Notes under the pieces: model-generated
The model's input: only the letters and a program-made list of their open reading frames with translations
Told to the model about the DNA's origin: nothing
Database searches by the model: none
Program-made: the position numbers and the translations under genes
Source of the DNA: a bacterium
Lineage (GTDB): Bacteria > Bdellovibrionota_C > UBA2361 > RFPC01
Assembly (NCBI GenBank): GCA_009926305.1
Contig: RFPC01000003.1
Location: 17,992 to 81,991, forward strand
Direction: 5' to 3'
DNA length: 64,000 nucleotides
In this document: in pieces, positions 27,780 to 37,982 of the stretch
Layout of the letters: the number at the start of each line of letters is the position of its first letter
Numbering within the stretch: position 1 is the stretch's first letter

Positions 27780-29015
27780 TTGGTCAGTATGTTACAAACG
27801 TCTTATCCCCGAGAAAAGGTGAGGATCCTTCTGCTTGAAGGGATTCATGAAAGTGCAGTCACTCTGCTCTCCGAAAAGGGCTATGGGGTAGAACGGATCA
27901 CGTCAGCCCTCACCGAGGAGGAGCTGAGCGAGAAAATTTCAGATGTGCATCTCCTTGGTATCCGTTCCAAGACTGAGGTGAGCCAAGCTGTACTCGAACG
28001 AGCGGTGAGTCTACTGGGTATCGGCTGCTTCTGCATCGGAACGAATCAAGTAGACATTGAGTGCGCTGCTAGACGTGCGGTGCCAGTATTCAATGCACCA
28101 TTTTCTAATACGCGCAGTGTTGCTGAATTAACGGTAGCGGAAATAGTAATGCTTGCTCGCCGAGCGTGTTGGCGGAGCCAGCAGATGCATGCGGGAGTAT
28201 GGGAAAAATCTGCGGGGGGCTCGAGTGAAGTACGAGGCAAAAGGCTTGGGATTGTCGGATATGGTCACATTGGTCCGCAAGTAGGTCTACTCGCAGAGTC
28301 ACTTGGTATGGAGGTTTTATTCTTTGATATAAGTAAGAAACTGCCTCTTGGAAACGCACGAGCTATTGATTCATTAGAAGGAATGCTTCCCCAAGTAGAC
28401 TTTCTTTCGTTGCACGTTCCTGAGACGCCGGACACAAAAAACATGATCGGGGCAAAAGAACTTGGTCTGATGAAGCAAGGGAGTGCCCTGCTTAACTTGA
28501 GTCGAGGTAGTGTGGTAGTGCTTGATGATCTTGCAGCCGCATTAAAAAATAACCATTTGAGCGGTGCCGCTGTGGATGTGTTTCCGTCAGAGCCCGCTGC
28601 AAATGGAGAAGGATTCAAGAGTCTTCTTCAAGGGCTTCCGAATGTAATTCTCACGCCGCATGTTGGTGGGAGTACCGTAGAGGCCCAGGAGTCAATCGGT
28701 CGAGAGGTCGCCGAATCTCTATTGCGGTTTCTTGAAACTGGAAGCTCAGTAGGTGCGGTGAACTTTCCTCATGTTGATCTTCCGTACGTGGAAGACTCGC
28801 ATCGAGTTCTCAATATCCACAGGAATGAGCCTGGTGTTCTGAGCAGGATTAATGCGGTCATTGCGGATACGGGTGCTAATATTACCCGTCAATATTTAGC
28901 TACGCATACAGAAATTGGATATCTCATAATGGACGTTGAAAGAGAGCTATCGTATGAGATTAAAAAGAAGTTAGAAGAGATAGATGCAAATATAAAAACA
29001 AGGTTACTCTTTTAA
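27780..29015 (+). CDS. serA: D-3-phosphoglycerate dehydrogenase (2-hydroxyacid dehydrogenase + C-terminal ACT domain)
   Basis: NAD-binding GIVGYGHIGPQVG, catalytic region LTPHVGGST, and a C-terminal ACT-like VLNIHRNEPGVLSRINAVIAD. Confidence 0.85.
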   Translation: MVSMLQTSYPREKVRILLLEGIHESAVTLLSEKGYGVERITSALTEEELSEKISDVHLLGIRSKTEVSQAVLERAVSLLGIGCFCIGTNQVDIECAARRAVPVFNAPFSNTRSVAELTVAEIVMLARRACWRSQQMHAGVWEKSAGGSSEVRGKRLGIVGYGHIGPQVGLLAESLGMEVLFFDISKKLPLGNARAIDSLEGMLPQVDFLSLHVPETPDTKNMIGAKELGLMKQGSALLNLSRGSVVVLDDLAAALKNNHLSGAAVDVFPSEPAANGEGFKSLLQGLPNVILTPHVGGSTVEAQESIGREVAESLLRFLETGSSVGAVNFPHVDLPYVEDSHRVLNIHRNEPGVLSRINAVIADTGANITRQYLATHTEIGYLIMDVERELSYEIKKKLEEIDANIKTRLLF

Positions 29016-29039
29016 AACGCGATAGAGAGGGAAAAGAGG

Positions 29040-30116
29040 ATGAGTCAGAGGGAGGATACAAGCGGTGCAGCTACAGCCGGGGGAAGGTCGCTCGCTACTC
29101 TGTGCACTTCCCGTTCTTTCCATTCTTTCCTCGGCATTGTTTTTAGTGGCGGACTGCTTTGGTTCATACTTTCCGACATTAACTTCAAGGATGTACGAGA
29201 GCCGTTACTATCAGCACATTATTGGATCATAATTCCAGCACTTCCTTTAACGTTTCTCCATGTGTTGATCAGAGCATGGAGATGGTACTATTTACTTCCA
29301 AGTCGGGATAAAACGTCTCTCAGAGAGCGCCATGACAGTATCATGGTCGGTAACTTCGCAAATTTTGTCCTTCCTCTTAGAGCGGGTGAGTTCGTTCGAC
29401 CGTTTCTCCTCTCGCGGGTAACGAGAGTCTCCTTCGCAGAAGGATTTGCTTCAATAGTAACAGAGCGCTTTTTCGACCTTGCTGCGGCTATTATTTCTCT
29501 GGCAATTCTTATTCCCTTCTTGCCAGCTCTACCAGAATGGGTATCGCTGAGTGCTTATATTTTGGGGGGCGTTGCGGTTGGCATCCTATTTTTTATTTTG
29601 TTTGTTATATTTCTCCCGGATGTCACCAGGCAGGCATTTAGTTTTTTATTGAAAAAAGTAGCGCATACCTCATTGGCTCATAAGGCAGAGAACTTTCTCG
29701 ATGACTTTATCGCAAGTTCGCATGTATTAGCCTGTCCAAAGAATCTCTTCATGGTGCTATGGCTGACGGTATTAGTTTGGGTTTCAAACTACCTCCTATT
29801 TTATTTATTTCTTTTCCTGCTGGATGTCCCAGCGACCTTCCTATTGGGTACTACCGTTGCGGTTATGGTAGCGCTCGCTGTGGCTGCTCCTAGTGCGCCT
29901 GGTTTTATTGGAGTGTATCAGATCGCATGCCAAGTCGGTTTCGAGTTGTTTTATTTATCAAAAGAGGATGCACTTGTTTATTCTCTTGTAACGCATCTCT
30001 TTCAGTTCATCGTATTTGTTCTTTATGGCCTTTATGTTCTCTCGCTTTTTGGAGTTCGGCTGACTGAGCTCAGGCAAGAGTCGCAAATATCCCTAGAGCA
30101 GATTGAAAATCGGTAA
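29040..30116 (+). CDS. polytopic membrane protein, UPF0104/MprF-flippase-like
   Basis: About 8 predicted TM helices and a size and topology like the lysyl-PG synthase TM domain. The family assignment is tentative. Confidence 0.45.
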   Translation: MSQREDTSGAATAGGRSLATLCTSRSFHSFLGIVFSGGLLWFILSDINFKDVREPLLSAHYWIIIPALPLTFLHVLIRAWRWYYLLPSRDKTSLRERHDSIMVGNFANFVLPLRAGEFVRPFLLSRVTRVSFAEGFASIVTERFFDLAAAIISLAILIPFLPALPEWVSLSAYILGGVAVGILFFILFVIFLPDVTRQAFSFLLKKVAHTSLAHKAENFLDDFIASSHVLACPKNLFMVLWLTVLVWVSNYLLFYLFLFLLDVPATFLLGTTVAVMVALAVAAPSAPGFIGVYQIACQVGFELFYLSKEDALVYSLVTHLFQFIVFVLYGLYVLSLFGVRLTELRQESQISLEQIENR

Positions 30117-30163
30117 ACATTCCAATCAATAGCCATCGGTGGCTGTAGACCATAGAGAAGAAT

Positions 30164-30179
30164 TGGTCTGGCCCTTGCT
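30164..30179 (+). promoter_or_regulatory. sigma-54-type promoter candidate (TGGTCTG-N4-TTGCT) upstream of flgE
   Basis: aatTGGTCTGgcccTTGCTa has GG-N10-GC spacing. It lies ~150 nt upstream of the flgE ATG. Confidence 0.4.
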
Positions 30180-30330
30180 ACTACAATGCGAGAAGGCAAA
30201 TAGAGGGTATATTTTGCCTGTTTAAGCGCTATTGCATGCCATAGGAAGAAGGAAATTCCTAGTAAAGTTTGCCGCTATCGGAAGGGGTAGGAAAATAGGG
30301 GCAGGCAGAAATGAGGAGAGGGATCTACAC

Positions 30331-31596
30331 ATGAGACTTGAATCAGCACTTTTTTCAAGTAGCTCTGGTCTAGAAGCACACGGGTCTGCGATGGCCGTTA
30401 TCGGTGATAATGTTTCTAATGCTAATACCACTGCCTATAAAGCCGGAATTGTTCAGTTCTCAGACCTGTTGAGTGAAGGAGCTGACGGACGGAATTCATC
30501 AGCACTTCCTGTTTCAGGAAGTGGGGTAGAGGTTGATCAGGTGCGACAAGACCATACCTCAGGAGGGGTGGAGATTACGGGACGTCCCCTTGACGTGACT
30601 ATAGAAGGGGAGGGGTTTTTCGTGGTGGGCGATACCACGAATCCTCAGTACACTCGGGCTGGAAGTTTCATCATAGATGAGAACGGGCTCCTCTCAACCG
30701 CAGGAGGCCAGAATGTCTTAGGCTTCACGGGAGATACTACTACCCTACAGACAATCGATATGCTTGGGGTTGACCTTTCGGGTAGTCCTACCTCGACCGT
30801 GACTATTAAAGGAAACGTGAGTTCACAATCTGGAGTTGTAGCCCAGCCAGCCGCGCCGGCTACATTTCAAGAGATAGGTGAGAACGCTGCGTTTGTTAAT
30901 ACCGTTACTGTTTTTGATAGTTTGGGTGAATCTCATGATATCACTTTAGGTTTTTTCAAAGAGGGTCCAAATCGCTGGTCAGTTGGTGCTTTCATTGATG
31001 GTGGTGATGTGAATGGAGGAACTGCAGGAACTCCAGTGAGACTCGGTCAGATTACTCCCTTAAACTTTGACTTGAATGGAGAGATTTCTGAGGCCGATGT
31101 GGCTACGGCACAAATTGTAGCAGCTCCAGCCTATGCCAATGGTGCAGCTGCTGGAAATATTACCATGAACTTGGCGCAGTTTTCTCAGTACGCATCTAAC
31201 TCGACGATCAGTTCGATTGTTCAAGATGGTCAAGCATCAGGTGATATCGAAGGATATGAAATTTCTGCCACGGGCCAAATATCAGCTCGCCTCAGTTCTG
31301 GTGGAACAACAGTGCTTTCAACTCTCGGGATAGCAAATTTTAATAACGAAGAAGGGCTGACCAGGGTTGGGGGCTCGCTTTTTGATGCAACACAACGTTC
31401 AGGCGAGGCAAGTGTGTCTGCAGCTGGACAAGGTGGGGTTGGAGATCTTCAATCGGGGGCATTGGAGCTTTCGAATGTAGACCTTGCCGACCAGTTTGTT
31501 GACCTCGTGATTTATCAGCGTGGATATTCAGCAAGTTCTCAAGTCTTCAGTAGCGCTGGTGATATGCTCCGAGACACTATTGCACTGATTCGCTAG
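30331..31596 (+). CDS. flgE: flagellar hook protein FlgE
   Basis: MRLESALFSSSSGLEAHGSAMAVIGDNVSNANTTAYK and a C-terminal DLVIYQRGYSASSQVFSSAGDMLRDTIALIR. The start was moved to 30331 because of the GAGGAGAGG Shine-Dalgarno 10 nt upstream. Confidence 0.9.
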   Translation: MRLESALFSSSSGLEAHGSAMAVIGDNVSNANTTAYKAGIVQFSDLLSEGADGRNSSALPVSGSGVEVDQVRQDHTSGGVEITGRPLDVTIEGEGFFVVGDTTNPQYTRAGSFIIDENGLLSTAGGQNVLGFTGDTTTLQTIDMLGVDLSGSPTSTVTIKGNVSSQSGVVAQPAAPATFQEIGENAAFVNTVTVFDSLGESHDITLGFFKEGPNRWSVGAFIDGGDVNGGTAGTPVRLGQITPLNFDLNGEISEADVATAQIVAAPAYANGAAAGNITMNLAQFSQYASNSTISSIVQDGQASGDIEGYEISATGQISARLSSGGTTVLSTLGIANFNNEEGLTRVGGSLFDATQRSGEASVSAAGQGGVGDLQSGALELSNVDLADQFVDLVIYQRGYSASSQVFSSAGDMLRDTIALIR

Positions 31597-31658
31597 CCAT
31601 AGCTCATCTTCTAAGATTGAGTTGGCCGTTTTTACTGGCAAGAATTAGCTTTGCATCT

Positions 31659-32984
31659 CTATACAATCCTCTGATAAAGGTCATGAAGGGATCTTATGTA
31701 CTCCTCATCAGCATGGCTCAACGGTTTTTCTATGCTTGTCCCATGATGAAGAAAGCGAAGAAGTTCATTTTCATGTTCTAGGCAAAATGTTAGTTTTGCA
31801 TCTGGAGTACCGCCAAGTTGAATCAATTCTTTTTCATTTTTTAGACGGCAGAGAATATCTCGAATCGTATGAATGTGTTTCAAGCGCTCCTGAGAGCAGA
31901 GCTGTGAAGTGAGTCTTGATATAGAGCTCGTAAGATCGATGGCAGGAAAGTATCCCCGGTGCGCGAGTTCTTTGTCGAGGACGATATGGCCATCAAGGAG
32001 GCTCTTGATTTCCTCACTTAAAACATCCTGGGCTTCTAAAGCCTCAGAGAGAATGGTGTAGATTGCAGTAATACTGCCTGTAGAGGCAGTGCCACTTCGT
32101 TCAAGAATTCTGGGGAGTTCTTCGAAAACAGAGGCGGTATACCCCTGTCTTACAGGCAGTTCTCCAGTACTTAAACTGACGTCACGAATTGCTCTTGCAG
32201 CCCTAGTTAGTGAATCGATTAAGAGAAGAACATTTTCTCCTCTATCACGATAATGCTCTGCGATTCTTGTAGCACTAATTGCAGCATGCTTTCGTCTAAT
32301 AGGCTGCTCATCACTTGTGCTCACGATAACGATAGACCTTTTTAGTCCATCTTCACCAAGTGCTTCCTCTAAAAATTCGTTTACTTCTCGCCCCCGCTCC
32401 CCAACAAGACTTATAATTATGCGATCGACAGAAGCACCTTTTGCAATCATTCCTAATAAAGTCGACTTTCCTACGCCAGGGCCGGCGAATAGTCCAATCC
32501 GTTGACCAAGTCCAATTGGACAGCAGATATCAATAGCACGTATTCCCGTTTTCATCTGCGTTCTGATTAATGGGCGAGATAATGGATTCGGGACTGGAGT
32601 TTCTATCTCCATCACGGTCGTGGAATGGCATTTTGACTTGCTGGTTGAATCCAGTGGATGAGCGAGACAGTCATAGACGCGCCCACTCGGCTCGTATGGG
32701 AGTGTAAGCAGAGGCAATGAGCCAGTTTTGGTAATGATATCGCCCGGAGAAACTCCCGTGAGAGGTTCAAAAGGAGCAAGGTAGCATTTGCTCTCTGAAA
32801 AACCGACTACCTGAGTTGGAATTCGACGTTTCTTCTGAGTATGAATGTAACACAGTTCTCCCAGTTGAATCGCAGTTAATCGCGAGCGGACTATTCCGCC
32901 GGAGATCGATTCAATAGAACCAACTTCTTGTGAGGAGCTAGTAACGTGATTTTCTGGAAGCAGGTTAGTGAGATTGATGCTCAT
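31659..32984 (-). CDS. fliI: flagellum-specific ATPase FliI
   Basis: Walker A GLFAGPGVGKSTLLGMI, Walker B VLLLIDSLTR, and overall T3SS-ATPase architecture. Confidence 0.9.
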   Translation of the reverse strand: MSINLTNLLPENHVTSSSQEVGSIESISGGIVRSRLTAIQLGELCYIHTQKKRRIPTQVVGFSESKCYLAPFEPLTGVSPGDIITKTGSLPLLTLPYEPSGRVYDCLAHPLDSTSKSKCHSTTVMEIETPVPNPLSRPLIRTQMKTGIRAIDICCPIGLGQRIGLFAGPGVGKSTLLGMIAKGASVDRIIISLVGERGREVNEFLEEALGEDGLKRSIVIVSTSDEQPIRRKHAAISATRIAEHYRDRGENVLLLIDSLTRAARAIRDVSLSTGELPVRQGYTASVFEELPRILERSGTASTGSITAIYTILSEALEAQDVLSEEIKSLLDGHIVLDKELAHRGYFPAIDLTSSISRLTSQLCSQERLKHIHTIRDILCRLKNEKELIQLGGTPDAKLTFCLEHENELLRFLHHGTSIEKPLSHADEEYIRSLHDLYQRIV

Positions 32985-33597
32985 GGTGCGTGCTCTTTGC
33001 GGAATATTCTAGGAGGATATCTCGTGAGATGCGCTCGAATTGCTCCTCCCAGTCGATTACAAACCGTCTTTTCCCTGCTATGATCTTTGCCTTTCCTTGT
33101 TGCATCTCTGGATCAGCTAAAAGCTTGTACTCTGAATTGCCAGATGCAGTAATCAGATTTTGGAGATGCTCGCGGTCGCTTGGATGGAAAGCGATCTGTA
33201 TATTCGTCTCCTCTTGAGCTTCCTCAAAAGCTGAACGCAATCCCTTTTGTAATAGTCTTTTATCTGAGGTTGCTAACTTCCCAATAAAGCGCTCAGTAAT
33301 CTGAAGAGCTAGCCCAAGACATTCTTGTTCGAGTTCAGCTCTGATAGAGCTGCGAAAGCGAGATAAGCAGATTCCCAGATTGTTTTTCAAAGCTTGAATG
33401 GCATCTTCTTTGATTTGCTTACGTTTGTTTTGAAGTCCGTTTCGTATCTTTTTTGCATTGTTTGCTAGTACTTTTCTTGCAGCTTTATTTTTTGTTTCAT
33501 GCTCAAGTAGCAAGCTTTCCTGAAGATTTCTGACAGCGATAGGAGAAAACGCCTCCTCAGACGGCTGGTCCCTGAGTCCAGCGATAAATTGCGCCAT
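32965..33597 (-). CDS. fliH: flagellar assembly protein FliH
   Basis: A coiled-coil N-terminus and a C-terminal KIIAGKRRFVIDWEEQFERI in a FliH/YscL-like domain. It lies immediately upstream of fliI and overlaps it by 20 nt. Confidence 0.6.
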   Translation of the reverse strand: MAQFIAGLRDQPSEEAFSPIAVRNLQESLLLEHETKNKAARKVLANNAKKIRNGLQNKRKQIKEDAIQALKNNLGICLSRFRSSIRAELEQECLGLALQITERFIGKLATSDKRLLQKGLRSAFEEAQEETNIQIAFHPSDREHLQNLITASGNSEYKLLADPEMQQGKAKIIAGKRRFVIDWEEQFERISRDILLEYSAKSTHHEHQSH

Positions 33598-33609
33598 GCT
33601 TACGTCTCC

Positions 33610-35295
33610 TCACAATTCTTTGCGACTGAGGTATCGACGTAATACAGCAAAAGTTTCCTCTTGCTCCTTACATTTTGATATTTTAGCGATGATAACAAAT
33701 ACTGCGACACTCACTGGGAGGATAATGAGTATATGGAGATAGTTAGGTAGCTTGAATTGATTAAGGAATAAGCAAAGACTGCCTACCAATAGAGCAGCAG
33801 GAATAACTCGCAGGCTCTGCAGGATGCTTTCGATAACAGTCCGACGCTCATCTTTTGAGAGCGCTACGAGACTCAGAATGAGGCTTGTAGCAGCTGCAAC
33901 GGCTGAGGAAATAGCGAGCCCTTCATGCCCAAGATTGAGCGACCATGGCAGAAGACCCTGTAGAGCAGAAATAATATCACTAAGGCGAGAGTCCTTGACG
34001 GGCTCTATGGGTCCCATCATTGCTAAAGACACACAGAGAGAGATAGCAAGGACAGCTATTCCAATACATGCAGGTATAATAGCCTGTTTCCTCGCTATGA
34101 AGAGTCTACTGATCACTGCATAAAGTGAGAGAGGGGTAAGCCCAAGAGCATACCATCGAAGAGCTTTTGCAGATTCCCATGAATCAGCAGCGGAAAATTT
34201 TCCGCGCTCAAAGAGAAGACCGATTACTGGTTCAGCCGTGAGAGAAATACCGATAGAAATTGGCAGAAGAAAGAAAATGGAATATCTGACTGCCTCACTG
34301 AGTCGTTGTATAGTCTCTTCTCGAGAACCGTCCGCGTGAGTCCGAGCTAAGTGTGGTAGCAGTACAGAGCTCAGTGCCACAGTAAAGATTCCAATCGGGA
34401 GTTGTGCGATGCGATCAGCATAAAATAGCCAAGAGATACTTCCCACCCGCAGAAAGGAGGCAAGTACCGTATTAAGCAAAATTGTGCATTGGTAGACCGC
34501 AGCACCCAGTATCGCTGGGATCATAAGCCAGAACATTTTTCCAAGCGCAGCATCCCATCTTGGCCATAAAGGTAGCGGAGGGAATCCAACTTTCTGTGAT
34601 AGCGGGAAAAGTGCGCCATACTGAATCATCGCGGCGATAAAAACCGACCAAGCAAGAACCCGCCCACGGTCGTTTGGTTCCCAAAATGCGGCAGCTAGTG
34701 CTCCGCTAATCAGACAAAGATTGACTAATATCTGCGCTATCGAACCAGCGCCATATTTATGCAGGGTGGTAAGTAGACCATTGATGAGTACTACGATCAT
34801 TATGCTGGGAAGGTAGGGCAGCATTATTCGCAATAAAGCTGCAGTCTCATGGATGGTAGCGGAATCACGAGCAAAGCCTCCAGCGAAGAGGAGTACCACC
34901 TCCTCTGAGAAGATGAACATAATCAAAATGCAAAGCAAAACGATACAGAGCATTGCGCCAATTGCTTTTCTATAAAAGTCGACTGCACCTTTCTGCTCTT
35001 TTTGCATTTCCTCAGCAAGCACAGGAATAAATGCTGAGCTTAGGGCACCTTCAGCGAAGAAGGCACGCATGGTATTTGGGATACGGAAAGCAACCAAAAA
35101 TATATCCGCAGATAATCCAGCTCCGAGGATGCGTGCAAAGAGTAAGTCACGGACAAACCCCAAGACTCTACTCATGGCAGTAAGGCTTCCGACAATCGCG
35201 GTGCCACGCGCAAGTGATTTTCCAGATGGGGAAGATTTTTTGGTTGTCATTGGTCTCACTATAGCAATCTCAAATGTGAAGTTACCAATCCCCAA
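33610..35295 (-). CDS. murJ: lipid II flippase MurJ (MviN)
   Basis: LARGTAIVGSLTAMSRVLGFVRDLLFARILGAGLSADIFLVAFRIPNTMRAFFAEGALSSAFIPVLAEE and ~14 TM helices. Confidence 0.85.
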   Translation of the reverse strand: MGIGNFTFEIAIVRPMTTKKSSPSGKSLARGTAIVGSLTAMSRVLGFVRDLLFARILGAGLSADIFLVAFRIPNTMRAFFAEGALSSAFIPVLAEEMQKEQKGAVDFYRKAIGAMLCIVLLCILIMFIFSEEVVLLFAGGFARDSATIHETAALLRIMLPYLPSIMIVVLINGLLTTLHKYGAGSIAQILVNLCLISGALAAAFWEPNDRGRVLAWSVFIAAMIQYGALFPLSQKVGFPPLPLWPRWDAALGKMFWLMIPAILGAAVYQCTILLNTVLASFLRVGSISWLFYADRIAQLPIGIFTVALSSVLLPHLARTHADGSREETIQRLSEAVRYSIFFLLPISIGISLTAEPVIGLLFERGKFSAADSWESAKALRWYALGLTPLSLYAVISRLFIARKQAIIPACIGIAVLAISLCVSLAMMGPIEPVKDSRLSDIISALQGLLPWSLNLGHEGLAISSAVAAATSLILSLVALSKDERRTVIESILQSLRVIPAALLVGSLCLFLNQFKLPNYLHILIILPVSVAVFVIIAKISKCKEQEETFAVLRRYLSRKEL

Positions 35296-35468
35296 AATGT
35301 CATTTCATTGACTGGGGAAGCCGCGACATGGACAATAAAAGCAGTAAAGACGATGGGTTAAGGGATTGCTACCGCTATTTGCGTTCTGAGCGCTTGAGGC
35401 TATCCAGTCACTCCTTCCCGAAGCCAGGCTCGCCAAGTAGACTGAACGTGAGATGGAAAGTGATATAT

Positions 35469-36185
35469 ATGTCTTTTAGTCGACCCTTGAGAGCTATCAT
35501 TGCTGCTGGAGTGAGTGCAGGTCTTTCAGCTCTTCTATTTCTTTCCTCCTATAACAATCTCCATCGGATGCAGTTCTCTCAGATGCCTACCGTTTCAATG
35601 CGCAGCGGTACCCAAAACTTTCTATTGAAAAATACCGACTCAGATGGATGTGTTGGATGGTTTCGCTATCAGTTGATTCGAGAGGACGGGTTTCAACTTT
35701 CATCGGCATTACAGATCAACGCGCAGATTGGAGAAATATTCATCCCTAATCATTTACAAGTGTCTCTGACCTTTAATTCTTTAAAACAACTGGCTGGTGG
35801 AATTATAAAAGCTCGTATAGCGAAGAATACCTTTGATGTGCATATTCAGGGAGTTGAGTTAGTGCATCTTGCGGTCTCTGCGATATTGTTGGGAGAGGAA
35901 TTGACGCGAGATGTATCATTACAAGGGCCAATTGAATTGCGGCAGACTGGCAAAGATAGCTGGGCGCTCTATTTTCGAAACTGGAAAGAGTGGGATAATG
36001 TCATTCGTCCTTTGTCAAAGAAGCTTTCTTTACAGCAGGATCCGTCTCTCGTTCAGATTGACTCAATCGGTGAACAAGATGCCGATGCTCTTCGTCAAGA
36101 GTGCGAAGAAGTCGGGATAGAGCCAGTTATACTTGATGATTTCCTTGAAAAAATCTTTATGTTCATTCAGAAGGGCAGATTGTGA
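35469..36185 (+). CDS. hypothetical secreted/membrane-anchored protein
   Basis: Signal-anchor MSFSRPLRAIIAAGVSAGLSALLFL. The ORF is open from 35328, but the upstream 47 aa are hydrophilic, so 35469 is preferred. GTGA overlap with the next gene. Confidence 0.4.
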   Translation: MSFSRPLRAIIAAGVSAGLSALLFLSSYNNLHRMQFSQMPTVSMRSGTQNFLLKNTDSDGCVGWFRYQLIREDGFQLSSALQINAQIGEIFIPNHLQVSLTFNSLKQLAGGIIKARIAKNTFDVHIQGVELVHLAVSAILLGEELTRDVSLQGPIELRQTGKDSWALYFRNWKEWDNVIRPLSKKLSLQQDPSLVQIDSIGEQDADALRQECEEVGIEPVILDDFLEKIFMFIQKGRL

Positions 36186-37882
36186 ACTATCCTCGTTGCT
36201 TCTTACTCTTTCGACCGAAAAGGTTGAGTATGCAGAATCACTGGGCCTATCGGAGTAAGGAAGTTGCTTCACGGATCAGAATCATCGTCCTACTCCTTGT
36301 GATGCTTGTCACGGTGGCAGGAATTTATATCGGTACCTCTTTGGTGTTGCAAAAATTGGAGGAGTATTCATCTCTTGTATATTTATCTCCTGTTCTGCCC
36401 CTTTCAGCTATGTTCCTATTTCTCTTCGGCATGTTGTTGCTCTCTGCTACCGTCAGCGCAATCGGGGTTTTCTTCATGTCCAACGACAATGAATTACTTC
36501 TTGCTTCGCCCATTTCTCGTTATACGTTTTTTATCTCAAAGTTTCTCACAATACTTGTGAGTACGAGCTGGATGCCAATAGGGTTCATGATTCCTCTTCT
36601 TCTTGCGTTCGGCATCCATTACCAGGTGGATCCATGGATGTATGTAACTGCCCCATTCCTTTTGTTGCCATTTTTTGCAATCTCGAGCAGCTTAGCGACT
36701 ATTCTGGCGCATATTATAACGATCTTGATTCCTCCATCACGATTAAAGTGGCTCATATATTTGGCAGCTATTCTTTTCTTCTTCCTGATCTTCAAGCTTG
36801 CTAGGCTTGCAGCCTTGGGAGTTCAGGCAGATGCGGGTTTTGAATATCTTGTCGGTCTTGTTTCTCAACTTACCGTTCCGAGTATGCTCTGGTTGCCTTC
36901 CCGATGGATTGCGTTGGGTTTTGGGGACTTCCTGCTCTCTGAACAGCGCTACTTAAAAGATTCGATTATCTTACTTTGGTCTGCTGCTGTTTTTTCATGT
37001 AGCGGTGCATTTGTTGTTTTCAGTCTGTTATTCTCCTTCGGTATTCGTGGCAATACAATCCTGAAGCTCAAGAGCTCTTGGCTTTCTCCTGTTGCAGCTC
37101 GACTCCTTAAGCCACTCTCATCTGTTTACTCAGCTCAATTTTTGTTGAAAGACTTTCGATTATTATGCCGTGACACCTCACAGATTTTGCAGCTGGTTCT
37201 TCTGCTGATTATTTATGCTGTATATCTTTCGCATATTCAGATCTTTGGCATAGCAGATAGTGTTCCATATGGTCAGTTTGAATCTTCGCAGGTATTTTTT
37301 TTCATAATGAATGCATCGATAGGTGCGTTCATAACAACTGCTGCTACGGCACGGTTGGTCTTTCCTGCTTTATCATTAGAAGGTCAAGCCTTTTGGATTT
37401 TGCAGACAGCACCGATCTCCATGAAGCAGGTGCTTAAAAAAAAGTTCTGGTTGTGGTACCCAATGCTTGGGTCCATTTCATGCTTTACATTTGTCTCAGG
37501 AGGTCTAGCGCTCGGGGCTGCGAAAGAGACCATTATCTCAACGTTTTTGGTGAGTTGGATAATGAGTGGCTCGATAATTTCTCTTGGATTGGCGCTGGGT
37601 GCATATTTTGCAAAGTTCGATTGGGAGCATAGCGCCGAACTTGTTGCAAGTTTTGGTAGTTTTGTTTTTATGATACTCAGCATTCTTACGATTTTCCTCA
37701 CGATGGGATTGCTCGGGCTTGCTCTTTTCGGGCGGGATCAGGGTATGATTGGTTATCCGATGAGTGAACATGAGTGGAACGTTTTCGTGGGAACCTGTAT
37801 CGGATTTTTACTTCTGCTCAATGGGAGTATTATCCGTTTCTCGTTTACATTAGGCGAGAAGTCTTTAATGGCTCGTATGTGA
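36182..37882 (+). CDS. polytopic membrane protein (>=12 TM helices), possible ABC-2/permease-like
   Basis: Hydrophobic throughout. The likely true start is the ATG at 36230 (MQNHWAYR...). Confidence 0.5.
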   Translation: MNYPRCFLLFRPKRLSMQNHWAYRSKEVASRIRIIVLLLVMLVTVAGIYIGTSLVLQKLEEYSSLVYLSPVLPLSAMFLFLFGMLLLSATVSAIGVFFMSNDNELLLASPISRYTFFISKFLTILVSTSWMPIGFMIPLLLAFGIHYQVDPWMYVTAPFLLLPFFAISSSLATILAHIITILIPPSRLKWLIYLAAILFFFLIFKLARLAALGVQADAGFEYLVGLVSQLTVPSMLWLPSRWIALGFGDFLLSEQRYLKDSIILLWSAAVFSCSGAFVVFSLLFSFGIRGNTILKLKSSWLSPVAARLLKPLSSVYSAQFLLKDFRLLCRDTSQILQLVLLLIIYAVYLSHIQIFGIADSVPYGQFESSQVFFFIMNASIGAFITTAATARLVFPALSLEGQAFWILQTAPISMKQVLKKKFWLWYPMLGSISCFTFVSGGLALGAAKETIISTFLVSWIMSGSIISLGLALGAYFAKFDWEHSAELVASFGSFVFMILSILTIFLTMGLLGLALFGRDQGMIGYPMSEHEWNVFVGTCIGFLLLLNGSIIRFSFTLGEKSLMARM

Positions 37883-37982
37883 TAGGGAACAGAGAAAGTT
37901 CCACGATCAGTGTAATAGAAGACCGTGTTGTGCCTTGATTTTAAATGCCTGAAGGCTAGGGTCTTCTGAAAAAGGAAAGGAA

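Noticed and set aside
30232-30330. Upstream ATG (MHAIGRRKF...) extending flgE by 33 codons
   Set aside because: It has no Shine-Dalgarno, whereas the ATG at 30331 has a GAGGAGAGG Shine-Dalgarno and yields the conserved FlgE N-terminus. The extension is Arg/Gly-rich and unlike any FlgE.
35296-35468. Weak sigma-54-like element (TGGATAGCCTCAAGC, minus strand) upstream of murJ-fliHI
   Set aside because: The -12 region is AAGC rather than TTGC, and the sequence lies within the possible 5' extension of the divergent gene. The match is too poor to report as a feature.
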